DNA of 64,000 nt from Paraspadella gotoi (GCA_051294375.1 CM119263.1:25449367-25513366); one strand, 5' to 3'; shown: positions 35,501-48,900, numbered from the stretch's first letter. Translations and numbers: made by a program. Notes: a model not told the origin generated them from the letters alone.

Positions 35501-38500
35501 CCAAATATTTTATTGAGAATTTTTAAATTTTAATACCAGATTCAGATAGCTCATAAAAAGTTGTCTACACAAAGAATATTTTTATGATAAGTGAGTCAAA
35601 AATAAAAGACTGTAAAAAATCGTCCACATCATTATCTTTCGATGATTTTATCAGTTTTTTACATTTTTTCTAAAAAACGTAATTTTTAAAAGCTGTAATT
35701 GTATTTCTTGTTTAACTTTTTATGCTCTATCAGAATCCATCAAAAACTGTAAGATTGCAAAAAAATTTTTCTCTATATAATAATTATAATTAGACTCGCC
35801 CTCATAAGAAAGTATATTTGACAAAAAATACTTTAATACCATAATCTATGCTCATGATAGATTATTTTAACGCTGTATACATTTGCATTTAAATTTCATC
35901 GGCTATAGCCCTCTAAGTCTTATGACTAGCTTAAATAAATATAAATATAAATGCAAATTGAAAATATTTTTTTTAATGAGAATATCTTGGATTTTTTTAA
36001 GTTTCCAACTCTAAAACTAAACCTTAACTGGAGGAATGCCTCTTGTTTCCACTGTGTACTCGCGCTGTTGGTCTCTTATCCTCTTCGTGCAACTTGCTCT
36101 TCCCTTTCTTTCAACAATTCGAAAAATAAAATCCGGACGACATTAAATACGTAATAAGTCACCCGTATTTTTGTTAAATTTAAATGAATTTTTTTTAACA
36201 GTTTGTACTTATCGTTTATAAGACTTCGAAAATTGAATTAGGATTTCCCTCAGGATTTTCCTGAGCAAAGCTGGACTTTTCCCTTTACATGTATCTCAGC
36301 TCCGAGGAGAAAGAAGCGAATTTTCGTTTTTACGGAAAATCAAATTTAAACGACCTTCGTATAGAATTCGATCACGACTGGTGAGCATTATCTATTTATA
36401 CTCGACAATTCTTTATATTCATATTATTTTTGTTTAAGTTACAGTAGGACTATGGCAATGGTGTTTAAAAATAAACGTGTTAACGAATTGATTTATAATT
36501 AGATCGAAAACATGGATGACGAAACTTTGGACATAGCGAAGCTCGATTATCTTCCTCATGACAAGCGAATAAAGCGTTTGCGGTCTTGCTGCACGGCGAC
36601 GGAACCATGCGGCCCTTGCAGCAAGATTCGTCTCGAAGAGCGAATTTTAGAGGATGCGGAGTATTCCCTTATTCAGAGGCGCATCATCGCTGATCGGATG
36701 AAAAAAAATGAAAAACCTAATCGGGCTAATGCTGTGGTAAGAAGATAAGCATTATTCTAATGTGATTCATTTTTTGTATAATCATGATGCCTTCCTGTTG
36801 ATAATATTGAATACAATTGAATACAATTGAATACAATTGAAAACAAATTACAGAAGGCTTCATATTATAAAATGTGGTACCCCTTTTTTGTGACCAGAAC
36901 ACGTTCCGAGAAAACTATTGTATAGATTTTAATGAAATTTGGTATGAACGATCCCTATGTGAATACAAATAGAAATATCAAGACGAATTTCAATATTTGA
37001 CCCCTGAGCCGAGATATGGGGCCCGGTAGGGGTCACTCATGGGGGCAAAAAATGGTCAAAATTTATTTTTTTTGTTTTTTTTTTTGTTTTGAACAGTTGC
37101 CCAGACATTTACTCTTCCACAAAAATATATTTATTTCCACAAAAATATTAGTTTACCATAAGTTTCAGCTGTTCAAGTCAGATTTGGAATAATTCTGGAA
37201 AATTGGAGAAAAACGATGAACCATGCATCTTCAAACACCGATTAATTAGTAAAAAATTCATTAATTTTAGTTTAAAAAAATATTTTTGTTTAAAACATTG
37301 ATGAACCTGATTCTACTAAAAAATTATAAAAAATGAAAAAAAATGTTTTAGTCTTTTTTGGCCTCCCAGGGGTCCAGCCCCAGGGCCCTGTATCTCTTGT
37401 CAGGGGTTGAATATTAAAATTTGCCTCGATAGTTCCATTTATATTGTCATTAGAACTCTAAATGTAAAATTTCATGAAATTCGATTCGGTAGTTTGGTGG
37501 GAACCGATTCTGGTCACAAAAAAGGGGTACCACATTTTATAATATGAAGCCTTCTGTAGATTATTCGATTTAATAAGTTATGCTTTTGTGACAGGTTCTT
37601 TACCGCGATGAAGACAAAAAGACGCAAAATATGAAGATTCCTGCTGACGGAATTGAAGCCTTTTCCAATCTTAATCAGCGTACGTTTGCTGTGCTTTTTG
37701 ACTGACAAAAAACTACATAACCGGTAAAACGATTTATATACTTCCATTTAAGTTCGTACGGAAGTTTGGGGTCCTAATTATCATCAACCTTCTGTGACAA
37801 ATGAGTCCTCAGAGATTGTACTTCAAGATGGTCCATGTGGGGAGGCTGCCCCAAAATTGTTTAAGTGCAGAGAATGCAAAATGGCCGCTTTCCAAAAAAG
37901 GTAACATCTAATCTTATCAGCAGATCCCGACTCTATAATTCACTTTGTCGGTCCGTCGGTCCACCCCCCCAATCTTGTCAGAACATCGAATTATGATAAT
38001 TATGCAAAAAAAATGATGTATGTGGTTAAGGAAGTGTGTGATTGAGCTGGATATGAAGTTTCGATGGAATCGTTTGAGTGGAAATGAGTTTAAATGGAAA
38101 AAAACAAAAAACCTGTTTCACTAATTGATTATGTTTCTTTTTATATAAAATGTATAAATTAATAAAATGTATAAATTAATCAAATAATTAATCAATTAGT
38201 CAATTTAATCCATTATTAATTAATTTGTCAATCAATTAAAACAAACATTTCGAACAAGTTAATTGATTGATTTATTAATTATTAATTAATTATTTAATAC
38301 GATAATGATCGTGGGCAGATCCGACATTGTTTGCTCAACCCCGAGCCCCTGGTCGAAGGTAAAAGGGTTTCGTCACATCATAAATAAGAACTCATTCATT
38401 TTGCTCATCACTGTCTCTGCAGCAAACCCAAAGGCATCTTTTGCCGATTCTTTCATTTCCGCTGCCTCCGCGTCTCCGCATCCGGAACTATTTCCTCCAA

Positions 38501-41500
38501 CGGATTCATGCTCCCCGATCAGGCGGTCGAAGCCGACAAATTGGGTTGGCTACCTACGTCATCCTCGGCCGCGACGCAGATCGATCCGTGCGACTTGGAA
38601 AAACGATGGAACCCCGAAACTGCCGTGTATATTTTGGCAAACGTCGGCGATCAGTTCTGCGAGTTGAAGGAGCAGGTTCCGATATCTTGTCGTCGTCGAT
38701 AATTTCGTTTTAATTTAGTCTTTTTCTTTTCACAGGAACAATGCGCGAAAGCAAAGCTGCCCCCCGACACTTTGATCGCCTGGAAAAAAGTCGTTGACGG
38801 AGTTCGAGAGATGTGTGACGTGTGTGAAACGACCATTTTTAACTTTCACTGGGTCTGCCACAAATGTGGCTTTGTGGTTTGTATCGACTGTCAGCGACGT
38901 CGTGCTTTGACACAATCGCCGATCAAAGAAGACGTCAAGGTGGGTTGTTTTTTTTTTAGTCGGATCTGTTTAAAGCCGATTTACTTTTTCGGTCTGTCGG
39001 TTACCCCCATAATTTGGTCGGTCATTCATTTGGATTATTTTAAAATATTCAATTATAAAAAAAATATTCAATTAAAATAATGTTCATCCGTCTGCCCCTC
39101 TCTCTCGTCAGTTTCAAATGTTAATTATTCACTAGTGAATTGGTTTGGAAATTAAGTTTTGATGAAAAATTTAGTTTAAAATAAGTTTAAATCGAAAAAA
39201 CATCTCAAACTTTAATTGATGAAAGTTATTTTTATGTAAAAGAAATAAACTTATATGGCAACGAGAGGATTGCCGGTGACACTCGGGGCGCGGGGTATCT
39301 CACCAACTGGCATAGGGGCTTCGGACCTTCAGTGACCGCCTCCTGTCACTGGCATGTTTAAACTGGCTCATATTTAAGCCTTAACCGGGATATCAAGGGA
39401 TTGAACTCGGGAAGCATGGTTGAAACGAGATGATTTCACCTGCTCAGCCATTGAGACAAGGCTGAAGATGGACAGCGGTGAGGCAGCTTTTAAGTCGTGC
39501 TGCCACAGGATCCCCGCACCAGACTTTTCCCCAGGGGCCTTAATCCTGAGAAGATGTCTATAGAAAGTGTTGATCTCATTGACAGAGAGCAGGCAAGCGA
39601 ATCAGGAGCGTTACCAGAGAAGTAGGGCATAACATGATATGTATACCGTAAGCGTGGGTGCGCACTGCGCAGCGGTTGCGTATTCGAAAATATGACTCGC
39701 TACTTATGCCAACGGGAGGATTGCCTGAGAGCACCAACTGGCGTAGGGGCTGCAGACCCTCAGCGACTTCCGACAGTCACTGGCATGTTTAAGTTGGCAC
39801 CATCACATTTAAGCCAGAACCGGGATAACCAGGGATTGAACCCGGGAGGCACGTTTAAAACAAGATGATTTGGCCTACTCGGGCATTGAGACAAAGCTGC
39901 CTCATGCTGTCTGTCTTCAGCCTTAAGTCGTGCTGCCACACTTACTTAATACTTACAATAATGCCTTCGGGTCAGTCTACAAAAACGTTTTCAAATAAAT
40001 TTTAAAATTATTTTAAATCAACATGAACGATTTATTAACGAAAGCTTTGTTATTACGTAGAATCAAGCTCCAGTCAACGTGGATGTGGTCAGTGACGAGA
40101 AAGATTCCTTCAGATGGCTTGTGTGCAGTCAAAACAATCGTCCTCACATTTCGGAACGACTTGTGCCGACCGTCATCATCCCCGACGACTGCCTAGAACG
40201 TCTCTGTGACGCCGTTCACGACGTTCGGCGGAAGTGGGGAATTCGCTCGCAATGTGCCTGCTTTAACGAGTCTAAAAACAAAGAGAACCATGTGCCCTTC
40301 GATGGGAAAAAACCCTTGAAAAACGAGGCCCTTTCCGAACCTGTCGTCCACCCTTTATACAAACCGGGAATTTTACTTAACGGCTCAGTTCTTTCGGATC
40401 ACGCTTACGGAAAGCCACCCAAGGGAACCAAAAGGCCGCCTACTCCACCAGCCTCGACATCGAACTTGATCGAAGGTTCAATGATCGCTACGCCCCACTT
40501 GCGGGAGGATCCCTGTCCGCTCTTTTTGTTGGCCGATGCCGCTTTGGCCGCCAAAGAAACTTGCGAAACTTTGGCATCATCCTCTCACGGCGAAACCTCG
40601 AGTGAAAAGATCTCTATGACCAATGACTCGAGCAAGCCTACTCCAGGATCAACCCTGCGCGATCTTTTGACTCTTACAAAAACAAAAAAACCGTCCTCGG
40701 CGACCGGCGAAGCACCCTCCGCTTGGGAGGCTCTCAGCCGGAAGAGGGCGCGCCTGAATCGTCCAGGAAGAAGTCCGGCCGTCGGGTCCCTTGATGATCT
40801 AATCTCTTCTGTCGTCGAGCAAAACTCGAATCCTCAGGTGAGTTATATGTTTTGCTGAATAATCTGTCAGCACTATTGACCGACATTTATCTCCCGTCAT
40901 ACAAGCCGACGCAACCGAGGGTGCCCATGACGCGGCCTCTGAAGTACTACGTTCCGCGCTATACTCCGTCCACTTCTGGTCGCGACTCTCCCATTCGCAT
41001 TCACGCTTTGTCGGAGACCAAATTCATTTACCCAGACGTTCCTCATTCGTGGCTCTGCGACGGAAGGCTGCTTTGCATTCATGATCCTGACCATCAGGAT
41101 AACGGGAAATTGTTCCAGGTGGAGATCTCTACTTTGTTTTTTTGTCAAAAATATAAACCAAAATTGTTTTTTTCTCGCCAGCCCGTCTTGGGCTAGATTT
41201 AAGCTTATTTGGGCCTCTTAGTGACGTCGTCGTCGTCACGCTTTTTTAAAATAGAATATTATATTTATAAAAATGTATAATTATGAAATAGTTAAAAATT
41301 TAGATATTTCTTTTTGTCATTAAGATTTTTTAAATTGATATATTTTATATTGATACAAATATTTGTTTTGTTTTATTTACAAAATAATTATTTATTTTTA
41401 TATAAATATTATGAATTACGATTGATTCTTATAATATTATTATTATTATTATTATTAGTATTATATTGATACAAATACTTATTTTCGAATTTTTTTTACA

Positions 41501-43019
41501 TTGATTAACTGTATCGTCGTATCAATATCTTTTAACATATAACATTTTTTCTTATAGGAACAATGGAAACGCGGACAACCAGTGATTGTCTTCAACGTAC
41601 ATAAATCTTTAACGAGAGGAATATGGCGGCCAGAAGCTTTTGGCCAAGAGTTCGGTCACATTAAAAACGATTTGGTTAATTGCCGTAACGGCCACATCAT
41701 GCACGCTCTTCCGATGTCGGACTTTTGGGAGGGCTTCGCTAATCTCGAAAAAAGACTTGTTGATCAGTTTCAAAACCCCCTCGTTCTCAAATTAAAAGTA
41801 CGTCGACAGTTTAATAACTCCCTTTTCAATTAATTTAACGTGTGTTCCTTCCCAAATTAAAAAGGATTGGCCTCCTACCGAAGATTTCGCTGAACTTATG
41901 CCTCAGCGTTTCGGTGATTTGATGAGGGTGTTGCCGATGGCCGCCTACACGCACCGGGACGGCATCCTTAATCTCGCTGGGCGTCTACCGGACTTTTGCG
42001 TCAAACCCGATCTCGGACCTAAGATGTACAATGCATATGGAATGGCGAGATATCCTCAGTGTGGAACGACAAATCTACATCTCGATATTTCCGATGCCGT
42101 AAATGTTATGGTCTACATAGGTATTGTGAAAATAATGGCCTGTTATTTTGAAAGAAATTTTAATGTTATACTTAACTTCATTAGGAAAAGCTGGGGAGGA
42201 AGAGACTGTCTACCGTACGATTGAACTGGCCGGGGTCGATGTTATGACAAAGAGGCGACTGGAAGCGGGTCGCGAAAACGGTTCCGCCCTACCGGGCGCG
42301 CTCTGGCACATCTTTGACGCCTGCGATGCCGATGCCATAAGAGATCTTCTAAACAAAGTAGCCATGGAAATCGGCGAGCCAGTTGAAGCTGACCATGATC
42401 CCATTCACGATCAGGTTTGTTTTATTTAGCAAATTAACGAGGTGTCGGAGATTGTTGGTTCCCATCTCATTTTTCTGGTGAATCACGTCTGCTCTAGTCT
42501 ATATAATCTAATTTTTAATTCTATTAATTTGAGTGGTTTAATGTAAGTAAAATTTAATTGTTGCAGGCTTGGTACTTGGACGCCGTGCTTCGAGACCGCC
42601 TTCACAAGGAGTACGGCGTCACGGGATATGCCATCGTACAATGCCTGGGAGATTCCGTGTTTATCCCGGCCGGCGCTCCTCATCAAGTCCTCAACCTCAA
42701 CTCTTGCATTAAGGCTGCTGAAGATTTTGTTTCTCCCGAGCACGTCTCCCACTGCTTTCGGTTAACCCAGGAGTTTCGTCACCTCTCAGAGACGCATACA
42801 AACCACGAAGACAAGTTGCAGGTGGAAATAATTTTTCTCTGCCGGTTGACTTATTTTTTTGTATTTTGCTTAAATGTATTTGAATAACAACAAAGTTTTT
42901 CTAATTTATAGGTTAAGAACATTATTTATCACACTGTCAAGGACGCTGTCTCAATTCTTCTCGCAACTCATCCGGATGAAGAGGATAGTGGTTGTGAATC
43001 CGATAGAAAACCGTCGTAA
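10406..43019 (+). CDS. KDM3/JMJD1C: KDM3/JMJD1C-family JmjC H3K9 demethylase, about 29 coding exons
   Basis: Exon 10406-10588 ([19 protein letters not shown]), exon from 11381 ([19 protein letters not shown]) and ~15576-15783 ([18 protein letters not shown]) resemble the JMJD1C N-terminus. Low-complexity exons lie at 17299-18978, ~20790-21434 and ~33011-34122 ([11 protein letters not shown]). Also present: LQDGPC..KCREC and FCRFFHFR (~37753-38674), zinc finger [26 protein letters not shown] (~38736-38939), LRDLL motif, and a JmjC domain with [13 protein letters not shown] and GAPHQV iron ligands intact (~41558-42821). Stop TAA at 43017-43019. Confidence 0.95.
12908..13156. mobile_element. Palindromic MITE
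   Basis: Inverted ends AAAATGAGCTG..CCCCCCGGCTGGGCAAATACGGGA..TTAGC and GCTAA..TCCCGCATTTGCCCAGCCGGGGGG..CAGCTCATTTT. Confidence 0.8.
16727..16960 (-). mobile_element. tRNA-derived SINE family A, diverged copy
   Basis: Shares TATGGCAAC, GTCACTGGCGTGTTTA and GATTGAACCCGG (reverse complement of a B box) with the copies at 39254-39508 and 39705-39940. Confidence 0.6.
19727..19769 (-). ncRNA. Minimal type I hammerhead ribozyme motif of the Penelope-like element type
   Basis: Minus strand reads GACG-CUGAUGA-AGG..CC-GAAAC-AU-GUU/CGUC: conserved core, 4-bp stem I (GACG/CGUC), palindromic ACAUGU stem III. Confidence 0.62.
20083..20232. repeat. Short interspersed repeat (ATGAAATTGGTACAACCAAT family)
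   Basis: Internally deleted inverted copy at ~28498-28598; the core motif also occurs at ~5831, ~29913 and ~52643. Confidence 0.7.
21582..31973 (-). CDS. NOS-like: Highly divergent full-length nitric oxide synthase-like protein (oxygenase + CaM-binding linker + flavodoxin + FAD/NADPH domains), ~1222 aa, nested antisense in a KDM3 intron
   Basis: 21 GT-AG exons, all phase-compatible, 3669 nt with no internal stop: 31973-31868, 31803-31609, 31470-31215, 29401-29305, 28852-28657, 28418-28115, 27844-27689, 27605-27488, 27435-27231, 27109-26853, 26786-26650, 26418-26244, 26180-26069, 25975-25870, 25795-25599, 25525-25353, 25289-25091, 25002-24834, 22309-22081, 21988-21884, 21758-21582. NOS hallmarks: [98 protein letters not shown]. 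The three 5'-most exons are less certain than the rest. Confidence 0.93.
22750..23350. repeat. Inverted copy of the 500-1030 repeat family inside a NOS-like/KDM3 intron
   Basis: Reverse-complement match, also visible as the shared spurious ORF text [29 protein letters not shown] in ORFs 812..1165(-) and 22776..23009(+). Confidence 0.85.
24521..24670. mobile_element. Small MITE with ~22-bp TIRs and an internal TTAGGG-like tract
   Basis: AATTTTCTTTTCGCCGACCGGG ... CCCGGTAGGCGAAAGTGAAATT flanking GGGCTTAGGGTTAAGGGTTAGGGTT; related ends at ~29231, ~43955 and ~45025. Confidence 0.7.
29030..29150 (+). mobile_element. 5'-truncated copy of SINE family B in NOS-like intron 4
   Basis: B-box-like GGTTCGCGCCC followed by a body homologous to 32765-32822. 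Confidence 0.6.
32679..32830 (+). mobile_element. tRNA-derived SINE family B (degenerate tRNA head plus body)
   Basis: A-box-like TGGTGCAGTAGG, B-box-like GGTTCTAGCCC and acceptor-like pairing GCGGCCA/TGGTCGC; body GACGGGGCG.TTAA.CC.CCTGTA..TACAG..GATCCGAAG is shared with ~29030-29150. Confidence 0.7.
36851..37556. mobile_element. Non-autonomous DNA transposon (MITE) with perfect 49-bp TIRs and TA target duplication
   Basis: CAGAAGGCTTCATATTATAAAATGTGGTACCCCTTTTTTGTGACCAGAA at 36851-36899 and its exact reverse complement at 37508-37556, flanked by TA (36849-36850, 37557-37558); a diverged solo end lies at ~19783-19835. Confidence 0.9.
39254..39940 (-). mobile_element. Two tandem copies of tRNA-derived SINE family A (~39254-39508 and ~39705-39940)
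   Basis: Both contain CACCAACTGGC.TAGGGGCT, GTCACTGGCATGTTTAA, GGGATTGAAC.CGGGA (minus-strand B box GGTTCAATCCC) and TAAGTCGTGCTGCCACA. Confidence 0.72.
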
Positions 43020-44822
43020 AGTTATCCATATACATAGTTTATTTTAAAGTCATTACTGTCATCAATTATTCTTGGTTTTTTTTCATTCCTTCATTGTTCT
43101 TGAGAAATTGAACTATTTATCTCTAATTAATTTAAAGGTAGACCCGTTGCGTCAATCTGTCGTAAAATTTTTCACTAGGCCATCTCATCTGTTGTCAAAT
43201 ACGCTTCCATTAAATGGGTTGCGAAATCGTGTGTTTTGAAAATTAAAGTCTTCCTTATTAAGTCTCTTTTTTCGAGAAAAGTTTTCCGTTCAATATATGC
43301 ACATAAGATAGATTGATATCGTGAATCGGAGAAGTTAGCTAATGACATGGTCTGCTATTTACTGACAAAATGCTAAAAGAAACGTCATCTTTTTGTCACT
43401 AAATCATTGTGTAAAAGCTAAAGCGGTTGTTTATTATTTATTTTACAAGCTTTAAAATGTAAAAATTAAAATGACTAGTTTCTAAATTCTGGCACAGTCG
43501 ATCGTTCTTCAGATTAAATGCGAAGAGAAACAAAGAGATCGAAGTGCCATGGAGTAACTTTCTTTTCTGCTTCTCCTTGTGCTTTCTGTTTGACTGAAAC
43601 TTAGCCCAAGTTTCGTGCTTCGGCTAAAACGAAAACACGACTTATCCTGATTTTCATTCAGTAGTTGACTTTGGCCACCTTTGGCTTTACCTGCAGTTTT
43701 CCGTATTCGCTTTCGCCGTTTTTGTGATTTGTTACTTCCTAGAATAAAAGTACGTGGCATATTTAAAAAAATAATTATAAAATAATTTTTTGCATTATAC
43801 TGTGAATGAGTAGTTTAAAATCATCAGATGATTCAATATCAAAACCTATTGAATACCACTAAAACTAAATTCGTGATGGTACAGTCCTGTGCAAAAAAAG
43901 AGGACACTTCAAACTTAAGTTGCGCTCTTTTTTACGCCCATATTATAAAAAATGGTTGGCGAAAGTAAAAAAAAAAAGATTTAAGATAGCCAGTCACAAT
44001 TGGATAAAAATCTTAAATTTACCTTCCAGCTATTGATTTTTAGAAAGATGTTTCTTTTTTTAGTATCTTAATTTAAATTAAAGCTGGGCCGGTTAAATTT
44101 TATATTACAGTATTCGTAAGTACGTCATTCTTTTTAGATTTGAAAGGGCTTTCAGAAGATAATATTAATATTATTTTATTTTAAATTTCTACAGAAAAAA
44201 AAGTGAGTTTAAAAATTAGAGACGATTTTCAAATCCATCTTCCTGCTATCATTGCTGGGGCATATCAAAGTCGATTCTGATAAAATTTGCATATATTAAT
44301 AGTTTGGATTTTTACTTTTAAATTTATATTTAACATTAAAAAAATCTTTATGGGTTTGCAAATGACAGCGTTTTTTTACCAGCGCTTGTAAAATTGTCAC
44401 CATGTAATAGTTCATTCAACCAGTTTTTTACTTCAGCCCTTAATTAGACACGTAATATAATCATTATTCTTTCAATAACTTGTCCAATCGGCTCTACCTC
44501 CTTTTTGGCAACGACTTTGGCATCAAACAAAAAACTCTTATGAAAAAAATTGATCGATCTTTTAATCAGACGTATTTTTTCATTCTCGAAATAAGATTGA
44601 TCCGTTTTTAACTCTTCATGTACATTTCATGTTAATTTTACGTAAAAGGGAGACATTTCTACCAATACGGTAAAATTTTCATCATCCTCCATAATTAATA
44701 TTTGGGGAATTTAGCTGCTTTTCTACTTCAAGACCGTCAGGAAAACTTCGCAAATCTATTCACTGGATTTCGTTCAAAATTTCACTATTCAGGAGTTCCA
44801 TGTTCCTGTTCAATAACTAGTA

Positions 44823-44895
44823 TTAAGGACATGCTTCGACTCTATTGGTTTGAGTCTGATAAAGACTCGAACCAATAGTCGAAACATGTCCTAAT
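44823..44895. repeat. Short palindrome made of two inverted degenerate hammerhead-like motifs
   Basis: GGACATGCTTCGACTCTATTGGTTTGAGTC / GACTCGAACCAATAGTCGAAACATGTCC around CTGATAAA. Confidence 0.65.
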
Positions 44896-45909
44896 AATAA
44901 TAAAATCGTTGTATTGCCAAAAATAATAAACCTTTCTCAATATCCACTCAGCAACAAAAAAAGAAAAAAATAATACAATGTAAATAAACATATTTAAATA
45001 GTTTTTTAAAAGACGACTAAACCCCTGTCGGCGAAAGTAAACTTTTGCCTTTAATTAAATAATTGTGATTAAAAATATTCGTCTGGGCCTCGCACGGGGT
45101 CGACGAGAAAAAGAATCGAAAAATTAAGCCGCGCAATTGACTTTTTTCGATTTCTGCCGATTAACTTATTCGATTGTCAATCCACCACTTGTTATTCCCG
45201 TTCAGTCCCGCAGAGGAAAATTCCGGTTCTCGGACAAAACTCACCCGCATATCGAACTCTGACCCGAGTTTTTGACCAAAACCTGCGTTTCCCGAGCGGA
45301 CTGGCCGGCGACCACCATCGCGGCTCTGTGAACTAGGTTTTTTTCTCTTTCGATTAATTTGGTACGTCAGTGCATATTTTATCGACTTTTTTATTCTCGG
45401 ATATTTAATAAAAGTTATCTTTAGAAGAAAAAAAAATCAAGTTAAATATGACTCTCCGGGTGCCTGGATTTAACTTTTTTTCGTTCACAAGCACGAAGTA
45501 AAAGTTTCGGGCAAAGGGCGAATTTTTGACGACCTACGTCGTAAAAGTAATAATCTTCAAAAAATTCAAAAATTTTAAAACCAAATTTTATGCCACTCAA
45601 TTTTTTTTTTCAAATAAATTTTTCTTTATAAATCTTGCCATGTAATGCGTGACGCATATACCCACTCCTTGTTTTCCCTCCATTTTTTTTTTCAGGATAA
45701 CAGTGAATTTTTTACACGCGAGTACCCAAAGAAAAGGCACGAATCGAAGGAGCGGCGGAGACGAAATTCAGAAAGAACAACTCGAGAGAATATATCCGAA
45801 TTTTAAAAAATCCGGTTGTCTATCCGTCCGGGATGAACAAAGACGAATCCTGCTAATAGAATCCCGTTAGCAAAGCAGGAATAAACTTTTTTTACCAAGT
45901 GTTGCGGCC

Positions 45910-48900
45910 ATGGCGTCTGCCTCGGATTCTCCGCTGTTGAACGGAGTCCCAACCGAGGAGGAGTCGCCCAATGGGCAAACGGATAACAACTCCCAAGCCG
46001 CTTCCAAATCTTCGTCTTCTCGCTTTAAAGTGGCCCCCGTATCTGTTGGTAAGTTCATTCTGTTTGTTACTAAGCAATTTCATACATATGCTTTGATTAA
46101 CATTTTGTGTTTTCCGACGCTATCAAATAAAATCAGGTTTAGATGGGTCCCCGACAGAAGGTGACATTTCTTTAAATGGGGTCTTTCTCTTGTATAGACT
46201 TAATGCATATTTTAACGACTCCATAATTGTTTTGGGTTTTTGTTTTTTTGGTAGGACCTTTAAAAGCTTGAAATGCTTTTGTTGAATCACCAATTTTTTA
46301 GGCTGAATTTAATTAAAACGACGATTTTAACTTGCTTTCACTGCAAGCTTGTTTAATTGGTTTTCAATAAATATTGCATGGTTATTTTAATTTCTGGTTT
46401 TTCTTGGTTACAAACGGGGCTTTATTTGATGTAGTTCTGATATTTTTTGGAACTCGACTAGAGAAGACTGCCTTTTTTGGGCCGTCCGTCCGTCTGTCCA
46501 TATTTTATTTTTGTATCATGATATTTAGTTTTACCTATTTTATTATCTTTTCGCTTAAAAGTTGTTAAAAGTTGTTAAAAGTTTCGCGACATGTTTTAAA
46601 CAGATAATTTGGATATCGGTATTTTAATTTAAATTTCTTTTTATTAACAATTGATTAAAAATATTTATAACCTAATAACTCTAATAGAATATAAAATTGG
46701 TAAAACCAATATATTATTTTCTGAGTACCTGATAAAAAGTTCATGTACAGTAAGCGTAACTAAAATTAATCGAATTTATTTAACATTCATTGGAAAAGTT
46801 ATTAAAACCCATTTGTATGCTTAATTAGGAAAAGGAAATAAAGATGAAGATATTGAATCTATCGAGCACTTGCCCGAGGAAGGAGTTCAGGACGCACGAC
46901 CGACGAAGGTGAGTTTTCCTAAACGTTTCAAATTTATACTAACTTTTTTTTATTATTACCTATGTATATTTTTTGTAATTTAAGATCCTTTTATTTTAAG
47001 GTCGGTTTTCTTACGACGCTTCCTGAGAATGGGGAGGAGAAATTTGCGGATGGCAGCGTTGAAACATCAGAGCCGACCGTCGGCGTCAAATTCGCCGCCA
47101 CGCGATCTGACAACAATCCGACAATCACGTCGCAGCATTCCAAAATCTCGGACACGATTGGCCCTTATGATTCCATTTACCAGACGCAAAAGACTTACGG
47201 GTAAGTTTGTTGTTATGCAGTAGTGCGCGTTTCATCTTTTCTATCCTTTTTTTTTTTTTTTTTTTTGCTAAGAGCTCACATGACTGAGGCTTTTCCGCAC
47301 GTGGGTCATTATCGGAATCTGCTCTCGGCCACAGCAGATCCGAATCTCAAACCTCGACCAACTCTCCAAGAACTTCACGGCAATAAGGTTCGTGAATTCT
47401 GTCCTAAATTATTTGACGAATATTCACCAATATCCTTTTTTTTCCCCTTTATTTATATTTTCCCTTTCTCGGTAATTAATACGTGGGAGTAATCAATTGC
47501 AAATTATTTACGTACAAAATACGATTAGCTCAGTTTTTCTTCATTTCCACACAAAAAAAATTCCGTGTGCTCTAAACAGGGTAATGAATTGTATAATGGT
47601 ATGAAAATATTATTTTGAAAATGTAATTGTGATTCTGTTTTTAAAATTAAATTTTGTTTTTAATATTTATAATTATATTTTATACATAATTTAATACTCC
47701 GATTTAAATTACTCTGTAGATCTTTTTATTTTTTCTCTAAGCAAAATTCAGTGATACTTACCTATCTTAAGCCTCAGGGTAATGACCCTGCCCTATAAAG
47801 ATAAGAGTGCCAAATGAAATTTGATTACGTAATTTTTTTTCGCTTCCAGCAGAGCAACGGAAAGATCCAAAGCGATCTAATATTCTCTTGTAGACTTGGT
47901 TACGAAAAATGTGAAAGAGGTTTTTCTATTCACTTTAGGAAGCTGGCATTGACGCAAGAGAGGCGGCCATGGAAATGCAAGAAGCAAACGGGGTTCTGAC
48001 GTCTGAAAACCCCGATCCTGAAGCTGGCGCCGTTCAAGAAGTCCAAAAATTTGGCTGGATCGTCGGGGTTTTGGTGTGTTGCGTGTTTTTATTCACGAGA
48101 ATAAAAATGTATTTCTCCCCTAGCGCACTTCGAACGTTTCAAATCAACGCTCTTCTCCCGCATACACTTTCTCTATCAAAAATCCTTATTTTTCCTTGCC
48201 TTTTCCTTCTTTACCCCTTCGACACTTCTGTTCCAAATCGTTTCTCATTTTTCCCGATTTTTGCTCACTTTTGCGATGTTTTATTTATAAGACTGCTTCT
48301 CCCCGCTCCCTCCCCCTCCCGAACAGATCCGATGCTTGTTAAACATTTGGGGAGTGATGTTGTTCCTCCGGTTGTCTTGGGTCGTGGGCGAAGCCGGGAT
48401 CGGGCTGGCCTCGGTGGTCGTTCTCTTGGCGGCTGTCGTCACCACGGTCAGTGAATCTTCGTCGTCGTCACTGACGTCAATGACTCTATGCTTTTTTTTT
48501 ATTTAGTGAAAGCGATGAATATTTTGGCAGAAAAAGAATGAAAGAGAGAGGAAAAGAATGAAAGAGAGGAAAAGATAGAAAGAGAGAGGAAAAGATAGAA
48601 AGAGAGAGGAAAAGATAGAAAGAGAGAGGAAAAGATAGAAAGAGAGAGGAAGAGACAGAAAGAGAGAGGATAAAAGTGAGAGATGATGACCCCCCAGGCT
48701 CATTAATTTTCCATCGTGACACTGTGTCCATATTCGGACCAAAATGACGATTTTTTAATTCTTTTTCACTTTAGCTGACAACGATAAGCATGAGCGCCAT
48801 CTCGACGAATGGCGTCGTTAAAGGCGGAGGAGCTTATTTCATGATTTCTAGGTAGTGGGTTGAGGAATTCAAAGTTGTGAAGCTTTACTTTCGTTAAAAG

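Noticed and set aside
43878-44810. Tc1-like end (TACAGTCCTGTGCAAAAA) and possible reverse transcriptase remnants
   Set aside because: No matching second TIR found and no open frame with convincing motifs; too decayed to call.
48530-48672. CRISPR-like array
   Set aside because: Head-to-tail low-complexity repeats without unique spacers, inside a eukaryotic intron, with no cas genes.
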